DNA of 64,000 nucleotides. Origin: Amoebophrya sp. A120 (lineage: Eukaryota > Protista > Dinoflagellata). The stretch covers positions 1,581,341-1,645,340 of the forward strand of contig CAJINV010000007.1 in NCBI GenBank assembly GCA_905178155.1, read 5' to 3'. This document shows, piece by piece, positions 45,571 through 58,100 of this stretch. Within the stretch, counting starts at the first letter, position 1. Each line of letters begins with the position of its first letter. A program made the translations under genes and the position numbers. Under the pieces are notes generated by a model that worked only from the letters and a program-made list of their open reading frames with translations, made no database searches and was not told where the DNA came from.

Positions 45571-48558
45571 ATGACGAAATTCTTCGCTTCTATTAAAACG
45601 GAATCGGATTGTTCCGAATCCCATTCCCACCGACGTCACAAGTGTGACGGACCACGGAGAGCAGCGGTGGCAACACCTTCTCTGCAACTACTGATGGCGG
45701 CGGCGGTCGTCAAGATTGCCGTGCTGCAAAACATTTTCTTTGACAATGAACCAAGAAATGCCATTCCTGTGTTGGTTCATGCTCGCTTGCTAGAACAAGC
45801 GGAATGGCCGCGGATTCAGGTGGCGGAGGAGGCGCTGCTGTTTCTGCAGGAAGAGTGGCACAACGCAGGTGGTGGCCGCCCAGGATCAACATCAGGAGGG
45901 AAGAAGTCCTTTTCTTTCTCTGACAATGTGCTACTGACTTCGGCCGGTACTTCGGGCAGACGGGCCGCGGGTTTTACTTCCGAAGACGGTGCGTGGACAA
46001 AGAACGCCACAGCGATTTCTGCCAGTCGTGGTCCAGAAAGCAGCTTGTTTGCTGGCACCATCTCTGGCTTTCCGGTGCTGCGTTCGTGGGTCACTTCTGA
46101 AAAAGATCCGGCGTCGAGCGAGGACGAGCGCGCCACAGGTCGTGACAGCACGACCGACGATCTTGCAGACGACCCAGTCACATCTTCACGTCGACCGGCC
46201 CTCGCTGATGAAAACGGCAAGGAGGATCAACTCGTTCTGCACTGGGAAAAAAAGATTCTGTCCAAAGCCAAGGCGCGGTCGATTTTTGACCGCCCGGTGA
46301 TAGCGATTGCACCAGCACTATTTGCGTCATCTCGCTCTGGTTCTGTTTCTGGTGTAGTGAAATTGTTCCAGCACAACGCTGCACAAGCCGCGTCCACATC
46401 TGGTGTACTTTTTCCCCCGACCCTGTACGCCGATGGGAAGTATTCAATGGAGATTCCGAAAGACGCAAAATTTCCCACATTCTTCGCTCCGTGCGAGGTG
46501 CGGCGAGGCGACCAGCACCCGGCTGAAGAGATGAGGTCATCAAGCGTCAATGATCATGGCGCTCAGGACGAGACCTCCGACGGAAAGAGGATGCTCGAGC
46601 AAAAGCCCGGTTTCGACAAGAAGCCCAGCCTGCAGTTGGCGGACCTGCTTCCTGACTTCTTCAGCAAAATTACCACGAAAACCAATGGTGATAACAAGAA
46701 TATTGTCGAGCCAAATAGTACAACGGAAGAACCACAAAATAAAAAGCTGCGGCCTATCGGGCGCGGGCGCATGTCTGTCGTTCACGAAGCCGTATTCGAG
46801 GGAATGCGCGTTGCCGTCAAAAGATTTGCTTTCGAACAATCACCGAAAGGAGCTCCTTCACAACACAACATGTACCTCTACCGCACGGTTCTCCAAGCCG
46901 CAAAACAGGAATGTTCCTGGGCGAGGAAGATTTTCGAGACCAAGCACCCCGCGGCGAGATTCTTCGTCCGGTGCTTGGCGACGAACCTGCCGGGGTTGCG
47001 ACCACTAGAACGAAGAGGAGGACTACCGCTGCATACTGCCGGGCATGGAGAAGAAGATGAGAGGACGTCAACGAGGATCTCGATGGCGCAGCATCAATCC
47101 GCATTTGTTGCACCTGCTGGTCAAAAAGCTGCTGCTGATGCAAGTAAAGAGGAATTATCCTCGCTTGATACAACTATGACTTCCACTGCTGGTAAACAGC
47201 TTTTCGTGATCATGTCCTACGGGGGGAAATCGGAGTTCCCTTCTTCGCCCTTAATACCACCTTCGTCCAGCGAAGTAGATTTGAATGTCGAAAGCCAACA
47301 AGATCTGACCGCCCCAAGGATCCTGGCGCAGCTGACCGAGGCGATCAACTTTTTGCAGACCAAACTGCAGGTGGCACATCACGATCTGCGGAGAGAAAAC
47401 GTGCTGTTTGATGAGGAGAGTCAGGAAATTCGGATTTTGGGCTTCGGTGGCATGCGGTCTTTCGATGATAAAGAGATGGAACAAGACACATCAACTTCAG
47501 AAGGCAAAGAACAAGAAGAAAATCTAAATCTCTACGAAAATCCTGTCATGATGCCGAAAGAAGCCTACAATGACGTGCTCTGGACGCCAACGTTTGCGTC
47601 GCAGGAGTTTGAAACGGGGAATGCGACGTGTGCGCTTTTTGACGAGAAAATGGAAGAGGAGAAAAAGTTAGAACACAAACTTATTCTCCGCACCTACGAC
47701 TTCTTCTCCCTGGGTGTTTTGTTTTCCGAGATGTTTTTGCTGAATAAAGCAAGCACGGCTATGAATTCTCGTGCAGCCAGTTCATCTGCGTCTGCACTTC
47801 TTACGACACCAAAAAGTGGCACATCAAATGCCCAACGACCGGCTACAACAAGAAGTACTAACCTCATTGCGGAAAAGTACACCGTGTTTTGCTCGAGTTC
47901 GGTACTGCGGCCCGAGAACCAGTTGAATTGCCTGGCCAAGGCCGTTCCCTACTTCATTGATTGGGATAAATTGAAACACGACATGCAGACCAGCACGCTG
48001 TTGACGGTGCAACTATTCGAAGCGGCGAAAGTGCAGCAGATGAAAACAGAAGCAAAAACAACTTTCTCCCCCACCGTCGTGCAGAAGAACACGCCACCAC
48101 CAGCACCATCATCGTGGAACGGCGCCGCGCAACTGACGCAAGACAGTGAGTTTGTGTCTATCTTCTGCGACATCTGGCGCGGGTTGTTTCTCGAGCCGGA
48201 GAAAAGGTTTGAGGCGTTCCAGAACTTAGTCGCCCTGTTCAAGCCACTGTGGAGCAATAGGTCAGCAAAAACACCAGAGCGAAGCAGAAGCAAAAGTAGC
48301 CCGCCGTCAACATCTAGAAGTACTTCCACCGGGTCTTCTGGCAGAACTTCCTCTTACCTCGAGAGCAACAGCACAGAAGGAATTCTTTCTGCGTCACAAG
48401 GTTCCACCTCTCCGCTTCTTTCGCGTGCTGGTGCTACTAGGGAGATAATGGGCATTGTCACGTCTTCACCGGAGCTGCTGTCTTCCAAGAACAACAGTAC
48501 AAGCACTGAGACCACTGCCGGGCGGGAAGAAACGCAAGAAGAAGTTTTCAGTTTGTGA
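45571..48558 (+). CDS. Intronless protein kinase-like protein, probable pseudokinase, with a recessed hydrophobic leader
   Basis: IGRGRMSVV, VAVK, helix-C Glu (KQE), LFVIMSY, HHDLRRENVL, ILGFG (in place of DFG), TPTFASQE, YDFFSLGVLF. Confidence 0.85.
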   Translation: MTKFFASIKTESDCSESHSHRRHKCDGPRRAAVATPSLQLLMAAAVVKIAVLQNIFFDNEPRNAIPVLVHARLLEQAEWPRIQVAEEALLFLQEEWHNAGGGRPGSTSGGKKSFSFSDNVLLTSAGTSGRRAAGFTSEDGAWTKNATAISASRGPESSLFAGTISGFPVLRSWVTSEKDPASSEDERATGRDSTTDDLADDPVTSSRRPALADENGKEDQLVLHWEKKILSKAKARSIFDRPVIAIAPALFASSRSGSVSGVVKLFQHNAAQAASTSGVLFPPTLYADGKYSMEIPKDAKFPTFFAPCEVRRGDQHPAEEMRSSSVNDHGAQDETSDGKRMLEQKPGFDKKPSLQLADLLPDFFSKITTKTNGDNKNIVEPNSTTEEPQNKKLRPIGRGRMSVVHEAVFEGMRVAVKRFAFEQSPKGAPSQHNMYLYRTVLQAAKQECSWARKIFETKHPAARFFVRCLATNLPGLRPLERRGGLPLHTAGHGEEDERTSTRISMAQHQSAFVAPAGQKAAADASKEELSSLDTTMTSTAGKQLFVIMSYGGKSEFPSSPLIPPSSSEVDLNVESQQDLTAPRILAQLTEAINFLQTKLQVAHHDLRRENVLFDEESQEIRILGFGGMRSFDDKEMEQDTSTSEGKEQEENLNLYENPVMMPKEAYNDVLWTPTFASQEFETGNATCALFDEKMEEEKKLEHKLILRTYDFFSLGVLFSEMFLLNKASTAMNSRAASSSASALLTTPKSGTSNAQRPATTRSTNLIAEKYTVFCSSSVLRPENQLNCLAKAVPYFIDWDKLKHDMQTSTLLTVQLFEAAKVQQMKTEAKTTFSPTVVQKNTPPPAPSSWNGAAQLTQDSEFVSIFCDIWRGLFLEPEKRFEAFQNLVALFKPLWSNRSAKTPERSRSKSSPPSTSRSTSTGSSGRTSSYLESNSTEGILSASQGSTSPLLSRAGATREIMGIVTSSPELLSSKNNSTSTETTAGREETQEEVFSL

Positions 48559-49293
48559 TTCTCTAGCTACCGGAGGCGGAGCAGCGCGGCCACGAGTAGC
48601 TAGTAAGTTCGGTGAGAGCTGCTGGGCAGGCGTAGTTGTAGTTGTATTCTACTATCAGTATCAGGATGGAGTTGTACGAGTATGAGTAAGTTTTAGTAGA
48701 GTTCTTGTTTGAGTTTCGTCATGGTGAGTATGGATCACGTGGATTGATCATTCCTTTTCTAAAAATCTGTTGTCTGCGAAACGTAAAGGTACAAAGAGCT
48801 TGTCTAGCGGAGTTCTCAGTATTCAGAAGCCATAACGTAAAGCTTTTGTTTTAGAGGCGGCCCCACTTTTGGTCGTGCGTGAGGAGCAGGTGTTTGTGGT
48901 TTTGTTCCAATGATGATTCTCGCATTTCATTTGTCGTTTTTCAAGATCATAGCGCGCGTTTTCATCCGTTTGCAGATCTAGTTCTAGAGCAGTGCCTCTG
49001 TTCTCAACTTCGAAGATCCGTTTGTTTCTGCTTGAGTTTTCATTTCAAACATACCTACCTGTTGGCTGTCCTGTCTGTCCTTCTTGTTTATTGATGCTGC
49101 ACCAAACGTGGATTGGTTGTGGTTCTGTGTCAATATAGTATATTGCATTTTCCATTCGCACTAGTAGGGTCCGCTCTAGTCAGACTGAAATTGCCAAGTT
49201 TATTTGGACGAAGTCAACACGCGTTCTATTTCTAATCAGGGAAGCACTTTCTTCATTGCAAGCACCCCAACTGCAGCACTATACCAAGCAAAA

Positions 49294-50172
49294 ATGAAAA
49301 TGATGCAAAAGTCCTCCGCCGCTCTTCTTCTGCTCGCCGTCACCGGCGCAAACCCAACACTCGCTGCGGACTGGCCAGCTTGTATGGAGCAGAATACCGT
49401 AATCCGGAATGCAGGAAAGGCTGTCTTTACGAACGTCGCAGGTATTATAGATACAGATTAGATTTAGAAGTTGTCATGGTGACGGTAAGCTTTCATGTTG
49501 ATGCTTGATCTAGGCAGCAGTATCTGTATCTGCTTTTTTTGTTTTTGCGTTGGAAAGCGCCCATCCATTCGTATCATCTTCGAAAATAAGGTTATGGTGC
49601 CGCCGCCGGCTGCTTTATCGATGACTGCATCAATACGGACAAATTCGCGGTGTCTACTTTGGAGAACTGCATTTCAGTCTGCAACTCGGTCCCAGAGTGC
49701 AACTGGTGGGTCTTTGGCGAGGAAGAGGGCATGCAGAAGTGCTGGTATAATTATCACGCCGCAGCGTATAAGTACCTGTTGGGCGAGAAATTCAAGTTAG
49801 CCTGCATCTTCTAGAAGTCATTTGTTCCCCCAGTTTTCCAATCGGATCATGCAGCCTTGTGTGACTACTTGTTGTGCCCTCAGACTGCGCATGCCCATGC
49901 TCTTCCGAATCATGCACACCACGACCAAAAATGATCACAGGTTGCGCGAGGCCGACGACGGGCGCGAGGAGGGCGAGGGTTGGACCTCGGGAGCCAAGTC
50001 CTGCCAGCCCCCAGACACGGAGTCCCTGATTCTGGGAAACACGGAGTGCTGGATGGACGGCTTCGACTACTCCACCTGCTGCGACCCGAAGTTCGGCCCG
50101 AACGGAAACACCCAGTGCTGGGACGGCATGTTCAACTTCAACCGGTGCTGCTTCCCGAGAATGGAGTTGTAA
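49294..50172 (+). CDS. Secretory-pathway cysteine-rich protein with a PAN/apple-like domain
   Basis: Signal peptide; ENCISVCNSVPECNWWVF..KCWLR..WTSGAKSC; two CW-x-(D)G-x-F..CC repeats; ends RMEL. Exons 49294-49441, 49591-49744, 49941-50172, all GT-AG. Confidence 0.85.
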
Positions 50173-51223
50173 GGACGGGAGGGCTCTTGTTAAATTTTTG
50201 TTTTCAACAATGACGAAGATGATCACAACTTCACCTGGACTTCTTGGAATGAACTTCTTTTGACAACAAGCGACAACGTACGAGTGGACTGAATCAACAG
50301 GAGTTTTTAGGTGACGTGAAGATGAAATGCATTTGTACACACACTAGAAACGAAGTACAACTACAACAATACGCTACCACTTTATTTCGTTCTTCAGGCG
50401 ACAAGACGACAATTTTTCAGAAGATCGTAAGATTAGTTCTTTGTAAGCAACCGAAGATTGTAAACCCTAACCGCATGTAAACAAAAGCAAAACAGTCATA
50501 TAGCAGTTTGTACTCGAATATATTTGCAGTACAGCCTGATTCAGGTATCAGGTATGTATGTCTTACGTTAATGTTTGTGCTGCATCTTCAGGAAATTTAC
50601 CGCGATTACGTAATGCCGTCAAGTCAACGTACTTACAGCGAATGTCATGTAGAGAAAGCCAGGACAACGGCGTGGCTGCTGAGGTCGTAAACTTTGCAAA
50701 ACAAGTTCGTCGGTTTTTTTTTTGTTCAACGGATTTGGACCGATCGATACCTCAGGCTTTCGCAACAGTTTTTTGTCCCTTCGAGCAAAGAATTATACCC
50801 GAGCCATTTTCGTTTTCCATCTTTTTTTCTTTCGTTTCTGCACAGCAGCAGTTGTCGGGTTATTCACGAGAGATTTTTTCTGCTTCCAGCTTGTCTTCAT
50901 GTTTCCTTTTTTGCTGCTGCGAAATCGTTCATGCAACAACAGCATAGAATTAGAAATCTCGAGACCCAAATTACAGTGTGATGTAATCGTAACTCGAGTT
51001 GCACAGCTAGAGTAAGTTCACGCCGAACCTCTTCAATACGTCGCGCGACACAAAGATTCTTTTTGGTCCTCTGTAAATCAACAGAAGAAGCAAGCACTTT
51101 CCCACGATCACATAGACGGCAACAAGGGTGCCAGCATTGTCTTTTGGGTTCTAGAAACATCAAACTCAAACACGGTCGTAGTTTCGAGACCTCTAAAGAT
51201 CGCCAGCGAAGAAAGCTAAAAGC

Positions 51224-51529
51224 ATGGATCACAACGTCAATACAACCATGGCCACGCTGCAGAGCATCGCCTCGCCCACGTCTACCAAGTCCGACGACCT
51301 GGGCCTGACGATGAGCGACTCGCTCTCCATGTCGACCCTCGGCACGCCGTTCGGGCTCTCCATGCCGAAGTTTGGCGACGTGAAGCCGAAGCACAACCGG
51401 TGGACCAGCAACATCGGGCTGTTCTACCGCCCGAAAGTGGGGGACTACCAGCACCATGCCCACACGCCGTCAACCGTGACTTCAATGGCCGAGACGACGA
51501 TGGTCATGACGGGCACGCAGACGGATTAA
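51224..51529 (+). CDS. Small hypothetical protein (101 aa)
   Basis: ATG-initiated GC3-rich ORF in AT-richer flanks; ends TGTQTD. Confidence 0.6.
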   Translation: MDHNVNTTMATLQSIASPTSTKSDDLGLTMSDSLSMSTLGTPFGLSMPKFGDVKPKHNRWTSNIGLFYRPKVGDYQHHAHTPSTVTSMAETTMVMTGTQTD

Positions 51530-52309
51530 ATCACAGAGGAATTTCGGGAAGATGGAGGGAACGAAATTAAAATGATCCCCGCGGCTGGAGGAAGTTAGAA
51601 GAACACGTCTCCAAGTGGGAAAGCAAGTCGATCAAGTTGGGAATGGCTGTTGCACAGACGGTCATTCAGGGATATTTTTACTTTTGTGATTCGTAGCTTC
51701 TGTGTTTAGCCTAAAAATAACATACCTTACTTGTAGCAAATTGACACTTGATGAGAGAAAAACAATTAAAGCAGCTGGTTCTGTAATGTATCACAGTTTG
51801 ATACAATCATGAAGATGTATCTAAGTGTATAAAATCTGTAGATCATAATTTGAATGAGCATACTGCGACAAACAGACCTGCGGCTGCAAGGACAGTGAAA
51901 GTAGAGCAGTCAGATGGACGAGGGTTGTGAGGCCCTGGTCTTCGATCACTGCTGCATCTCGCATAGTAGACACACATAGGGACAATATTTTAACACATGG
52001 GAATGGGAATTCGTTGCATTTTTGTAACGGCCGTTGTATACAAGCATACGCGTTGTGGAAGCTTTCGGGAAAAGCATCAGCCTAGTACAAAATGAAGCTG
52101 TTGTGGTAGTACTACACTCGTGCTTCGTGATGTACCATATTAGCATATTGGGAAAGAGATGAAGAAGTCCAAGCATAAACAAAAACCATTGGGATCGAGT
52201 ACGGCTTGCCATAGCCATAGGATGCTTGCGAGCAATTGGTTGTACCACGAGCATCCATCTCAAGATTTGGAACTACAGTTTTCGCCGAGAAGCTTGCGTA
52301 CTCAATCAC

Positions 52310-54310
52310 TCAAAAAGCCGCCTGATAGATTTTTTGTTGGTCCTGTGGCATTCTTTGAGGACGTGTCTCTTGCGCCCGTGTGTTCGAAATTCAATCGATG
52401 CGGATGCGCCACCTGGGGATCTGCTTGCCACCAAGATCGAGGCGGCCGCTGAGGGCATCCCTAAGAGCCTCAGCGAAGGGATCGCCACCGCGTTCAACGC
52501 GACGCTGCTGCCACAGATCGCCGCGCACCGCGAGGCCTTCAGCGGCAAAGCCAAGGGCGGCAAGCCAGTGAAGGGGCAGGCTTTGAGTGACTCTGACAAG
52601 GGGCGGCCGGGCAGCTTCGACCCCCTAGCGACGCTTGCCGATGGCGCCGACTGCGAGAAGGAGGCGCAGAGCAACAAGATTGGCCGCAGCGAGCCCAGCT
52701 CTGGCCATTCCAAAACTTTCAGCATCAAGGCAAGACCTTGGGCGAGGGTTGTAGTGGCGAGGAAGGCGGGCCGCAGAGGGATTGCCCGCCCGGCGTTCTG
52801 ATCTGCGCTCCCCCCCCGGCGGTGTTGCGCCGGGCCGCGCTTTTGCTAGGGGGGGATCTGCCGGGCATCCGGCCTGACGGAGTCTTGGATGCGTCGGGCA
52901 CGCCGGGGCTTCTGTGCATGGGCGCCGAAAGGCGGCCCAACGTGGTGAAGTGTTTCGCTCAGCAAGAAGAGCCAGCGGCGTTGTGGAAAACTGAGAGGGC
53001 AGGCCCGTCGCCGATCGCGGCCCCGACGCACGGACCGACCGCGCCAACTTATTGAAAGGCGAGCACCATCCCAGGCGGCCCCGGGCGCGAAGCGGTGCCC
53101 GCCTTGAGGGTGGTGGCCCGCCTCGGTCGCCGTGGTTGTCTTATGGCGTGGCCCGTGGTGTGTTGTGCCCGCGGCAACGGCGCCGCCGGAGCGATTCTGG
53201 CAAGGAAGCTGCATGCCGTTGGGAATCGGTTTGATTGCGCGTCGGCCGGTTCCCAACTTTCGGGCGGCGGCAGCGTGCTCCTCGCGCCTTTCCAGATTCG
53301 CTCAAGATTAGGGGGGGGCGCGGCAGGCGACGCCCGCCGGGAGCTAGAGCGGCCGGGATTCGCGAGGACGGGTAACCCGCTACAGGGCGCGGGGCCCCTT
53401 AGGAAGATCGTACAGCTATGAGATCCGCGAAGGCAACTACGCTACTCCGATGGGAAACGCCGGCACCGTCCGCGACGGGCTGCTTGATGACTCGGAGCGT
53501 TTTTCGTTCTGATGGGTGACGTCGCATGTCAGCCGCCTCACGCTCGACAGAAGGGGCGGCCGCCGGCAGAACGGCCGCCAAGCGAGCCACGCCGAGGCGC
53601 TCGCCTTAATTGCCGACGCCATGCATGGCCGCGCGGAGGTGGTCGGGCAGCTCCGCATCCGGGACGGAGTCGGCGACGCCGCAGAGTATCAAAGAGGGAC
53701 GGAGCGGAGCCGCCCGGATTCCTTCTGTGAGCGCAAGTCCCTTGCCGGGGGCGGGGCCAGCCGTCGGCCCACGCATTGCCACGCCCCCCCGCCGGGCCCG
53801 GCCGCTGGGTTCTTCTGGGCGGGGGCCCCCCTAGGGCCGGCCCGGAGGCGCCGGCGTCGGCCTTCGCCCGGCTCGCTGGAGGCTCTCCGGCGCTTCTGTG
53901 GCCCCATCTCCGGGCTTGGAGGAGTGGGCGCAAGGAAAGCATAGATAGGCGCCGGGGCTGTGGTGGTTCGTTCGTTCTATGCGTGTGCCGGCGTCGCGCC
54001 TTTTGGGTGGTGGGTGGACATAGACCCACCGTCCGCGGCGCCGCGCCGGTATGAATAGCGCGCCCGCGGGCGCGGCGGCATTTGTTCCGCTTTTTGCCTC
54101 TGGGCATGTTGCCGAACGTTGTTGCGCGGCCGGCCGTGGCCATTAATTTTCTTTCTCCCCGGCACCCAGACCCACGCCCACGCGCGGGGCTGATGTTATT
54201 TAGCCACACACTTTGTCTGCGTGCCATGCCGGGCGATCCGGGCCGCCGCACGCACTGTGGCCTGGCGCATTAATTTTTGGGGTAAGCCTTGCCGGCGACA
54301 AATTTTTGTT
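52310..54310. mobile_element. ~2 kb very GC-rich island, probably a decayed mobile element
   Basis: Abrupt composition shift; broken coding-like frames (52226..52801, 53516..53944); no diagnostic transposase or RT motif seen; boundaries approximate. Confidence 0.4.
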
Positions 54311-55154
54311 TACCATTGTAAAGCTCGTTGCACTTCTTGCAGTGGCAGTCAAGGCGCCACTGCATACAGGCAGACCACCTCCAGGCTGTCTTCGTTCGTC
54401 TTGCAGGCAGTGTCCCCGATAGGGAAGCCTCTGTAGGCTCGGTTATCGGCATCGGTAGAAGATGCGCGACGCGTTTTATTTCGGTAGTTGTCGTGACCGT
54501 CGTCTGGTGTCGGTAATTTTAGATCATCAAGAGCAAGTATCTCGGCACCGACCATTGAACAATAGTCACTATTCTTCTTTATCTTTTCTAGGAGTAGAGC
54601 AAGCATCCTCCTTGGAGGGACACCGTGATCTCTTCCCTTACATCGTGCCAGGCACTCGCTCCTGGTTGCCTTCTTGTCGTAGGGAAATTTCGGTCTCCTC
54701 CTGGGTCGTAGTGCATTTGTTTACAAGGGCTTCGCTTAGAATCAAATGAAGATCTTTTTTCGTATTTGTACTTTCTTCGAATCGTCGACGTTCCTACTTT
54801 TTTCGAATCGTCGACGTTCCGTCATGGTCGTCGTTTTGTCCTCATAATTTCTCGTGAGTCATCAGTATGTGATCTAACCTCGGGCAAGTGCCCTTATAAA
54901 GGACACTAGTGCTACTACTAGTAGTGAGCAGTAAGAACAACATATACACAAGTGAACATAGAAGGACTTCTTGACTCTACTTTTGGATGCTCGCTCGCAC
55001 GTTTTTTTCTTGAAGTGCTTTTTCCTGATGTGCCGTCTTGTTTCTTTATATATCCATATCGTTGCATGATCAACGAACACAGCACATCCAATTTCAAACC
55101 ATACAAGTAACAAGACAGAATCAGTTTTCTCGACCCATCGACATCGTAAACAAA

Positions 55155-58100
55155 ATGAACCCAGCCACCCGCCGCCAGCAAGGCGGCTGGATGAAGCCGG
55201 CAACTACCTCGCACTATGGCATGAGCATGACAAACGCCGGCAACAGGAGCAGCCAGTCGTGGACCAATTTTCCGCCGATGGGTGCGAGGAGTGCAGCTTC
55301 TATCGCGAATGGTGCTGATGTTTCGTATTCGTCCGCACACCAGCACCATCAAATGCTCACCCCTTCGTCCGGTTCTACTTCCACCTCCAGCAAGACTTTT
55401 CTCGCCTCCCACATTGCAGCGACGAATTCCGTGCGCCGCCTCCCGGGCACCGGCCGCGGGCCGGGGCAGCCGGGCCTGAAGGCGAATTCGGTCGAGGCGG
55501 TCCTGGCGCAACGGTCCGCGGTGGCCATGTCCTCGACCGGGACGGATTTCATGCGGAGCAGCAAGCACAGCGTGAAGGCGACGAAGCAAGACCTGAAAAA
55601 TTCGCTGACGAAATTAGTGCGGACGACGGCGACGCAGGTGTTGACCGGGAATAGTAATAGCGGCATATTAGGCTCGGCCTCAGGTGGAACTGGTGCCGGG
55701 CCGTTGACATCGTCTACTTCGTCCGCTGTTGGGATAGCCGCTATTGATGGCAGTACTACCATGATCACCAGCCCGGTGAAACCAAAAGAGCCACAGATTC
55801 TTTTCACGCAGGAAACCGCTGGGCCCTTGCGCACTCCGGACACGACGGCGAGTGGTGGTGGACCACAGGCACAGCGGCTCGGTGCATCCTCAAAATTATT
55901 TGCGGCACACCAGATGGAGATGAAAGAGAAAGAAGGAAGACAAGCTGTAGAGATGACAGCTGCAGCAGCGGGGGCATCAAGATCTGAACAGGTGGGGAAC
56001 AGGAATTACATCAAAGAAGACGCTCTGATATCATCCTCTCGACAGCTTATGGCGTCGTCGTCATCGTCCTCGTCTGACGAGGAGGTGCCGGTGAGTTTCG
56101 ACGAGAATTCATTCTCTAGTTCGACCACAGCGACTGTTGGTGTTGCAGCAGGTTCCAGTTTAACAGCTGGTCCGCGACGTGCGTCAGGTGCTGGTGGCTC
56201 AACATCTTCCAGCTCCTCATCTTCCTTCTCAGGTGCAGGAGCTTCCGAGGGCACTGGTGGCACGAACACGAGCAAAAAGAAAAACGCGATGAAATCTTCC
56301 TACACCTCCGCGTTGAAACCGGATGATTCCGTCGGAATCATGCTAAACGCGCTACAGTCCACACGACAGCCAAAAACGACGAGTGCAGTTTCTATCCCGC
56401 ATGAGCAGAAGGAGAGGAGAAGCGCCCACGATCCTCCGCCTCCTCTTGAACTGGATCTGAAAATCGTGGACCCACGAAACAAAGCACAGGACAATATTGA
56501 AGCAGATCATTTTCAAGTACAGGTAGAGCAGCCAAAAGCCGTACTAAAACCCCCCGAGCCTGCTGCGACCTCCCCCCTGCCCCTGACTAAACCGTCCCCC
56601 GCCCCCTCCCCTTTGACTTCCTCGAGCAATAAATATCCAAGAAAAAAACTGTATTAGTGTAACTCTCTTTGGCTGACAGCATCACAAATTTGCTCTACAT
56701 GACAGAGACAACCTGTCATGTGTAGCTTGTAAGGGAAAACACAAGTGAAAAGAGGACTTCATAGTTGTCTGGCATGACAGGTGTAGCTCTGTTGCATGTT
56801 CTGCATGACAGAGTTACACTTACACAGTTTTTTTCTTGCATAATAAACACGCGTCGACCAGTGTGGATTTCTGGCGTGGCGGGGCGAACGCGCCGGCGCA
56901 AAACCCGAAAATTGAAGAAGACGAGGCGGTAGGAATTGCAAAAGTATCGTACTAGTGGTAAAAACTGCAAGCAACACATATTAGCTTGGCTGGACAAATG
57001 GAGTTTGTCTTGCTAATTTGAATTGGAAGAGGAAGACCAGTAGAGATTTGTCTTGCATGCTTGCGATATAGTACTACAAGTGCTATACTTTTGCGCAGGA
57101 TAGGCAGAAAGGATACGAAGGGCGAAAGAGGCGCTGACCATGTCTTCCACCGGGACTCAGTTCTTCCGCAAGGCCAAACAGCCCATGTTTCCCCAGAAAA
57201 CGCACAAACCCCCGGAGTGGCGAATGCGCAACAGTGTGGGGGAGGTGTCGCCGGAGCACATGAAGAGAACGAGTGTGGGCAGTCAAATGCAGTCGCCACC
57301 AGGGTTTTTGTTGAACACCTCAGACGACGTCTACGTGGCGAATTACACCAATATGGCGATAAAGCGACCGGTACAGGAATAGAACGACCTAGACGAGGAT
57401 GAAGTTTAAGTTTTTTTGATTGCCATTTCTAATGATATACATAGAAGTTGTGTCTGCTTATGTTGTGTTATTCGGCAATCTGAAATAGAGTGCTTTGAAG
57501 ATGCGATGCCGATGCAGCTTTGATCCGCAGCAACATGGATACTTATATTCAAGAACCCTCTCCACAGCCCAGCAAAGAGCGCACGCAGACGGAGTTTGCG
57601 CCGATGCAAGTGGCCACTATCGACACTTCTGCCGCCAAACACAAACCTACCTCCATCGACAAAACCCTCCACCCGTCGAGGGGGGGCACCACGGGTCCGC
57701 CGAAGAGCAACCGCGGAACACAGTGCACGATCTTACCGGAAAAGGAAGGGCCAAAACCGGTGCTAAGGAACCAGATCACGCAGTACGACCCTGCATTTTT
57801 GCACACGAGAACCATCGAAACCCAGGCGGACATCGACATCCGGCCGTTGCAGATTGAGAAGGGGTGCCAATTTCCAGAGGAGGAAGAAGACTATTTGGAA
57901 GTACCGATGGACCTACACAACAACATGGTGGACGAAATCACGCAGACCGCACCGCTCCCGACCGACACCGTGGCCACGCAGACGATTGACGAGAACGTGA
58001 TGCAGCAGGACTTGCAAGCAAAGTATGACGCGCTGTTTGAGAAGTACAAGCTGGAGCGAAATCTGCGGATCCTGGAAAAAGCGAAATTGGAAGCACGGGT

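Noticed and set aside
54769-54820. 26-bp tandem duplication (also a 17-bp repeat at 36071/36117)
   Set aside because: Isolated two-copy slippage with no further structure.
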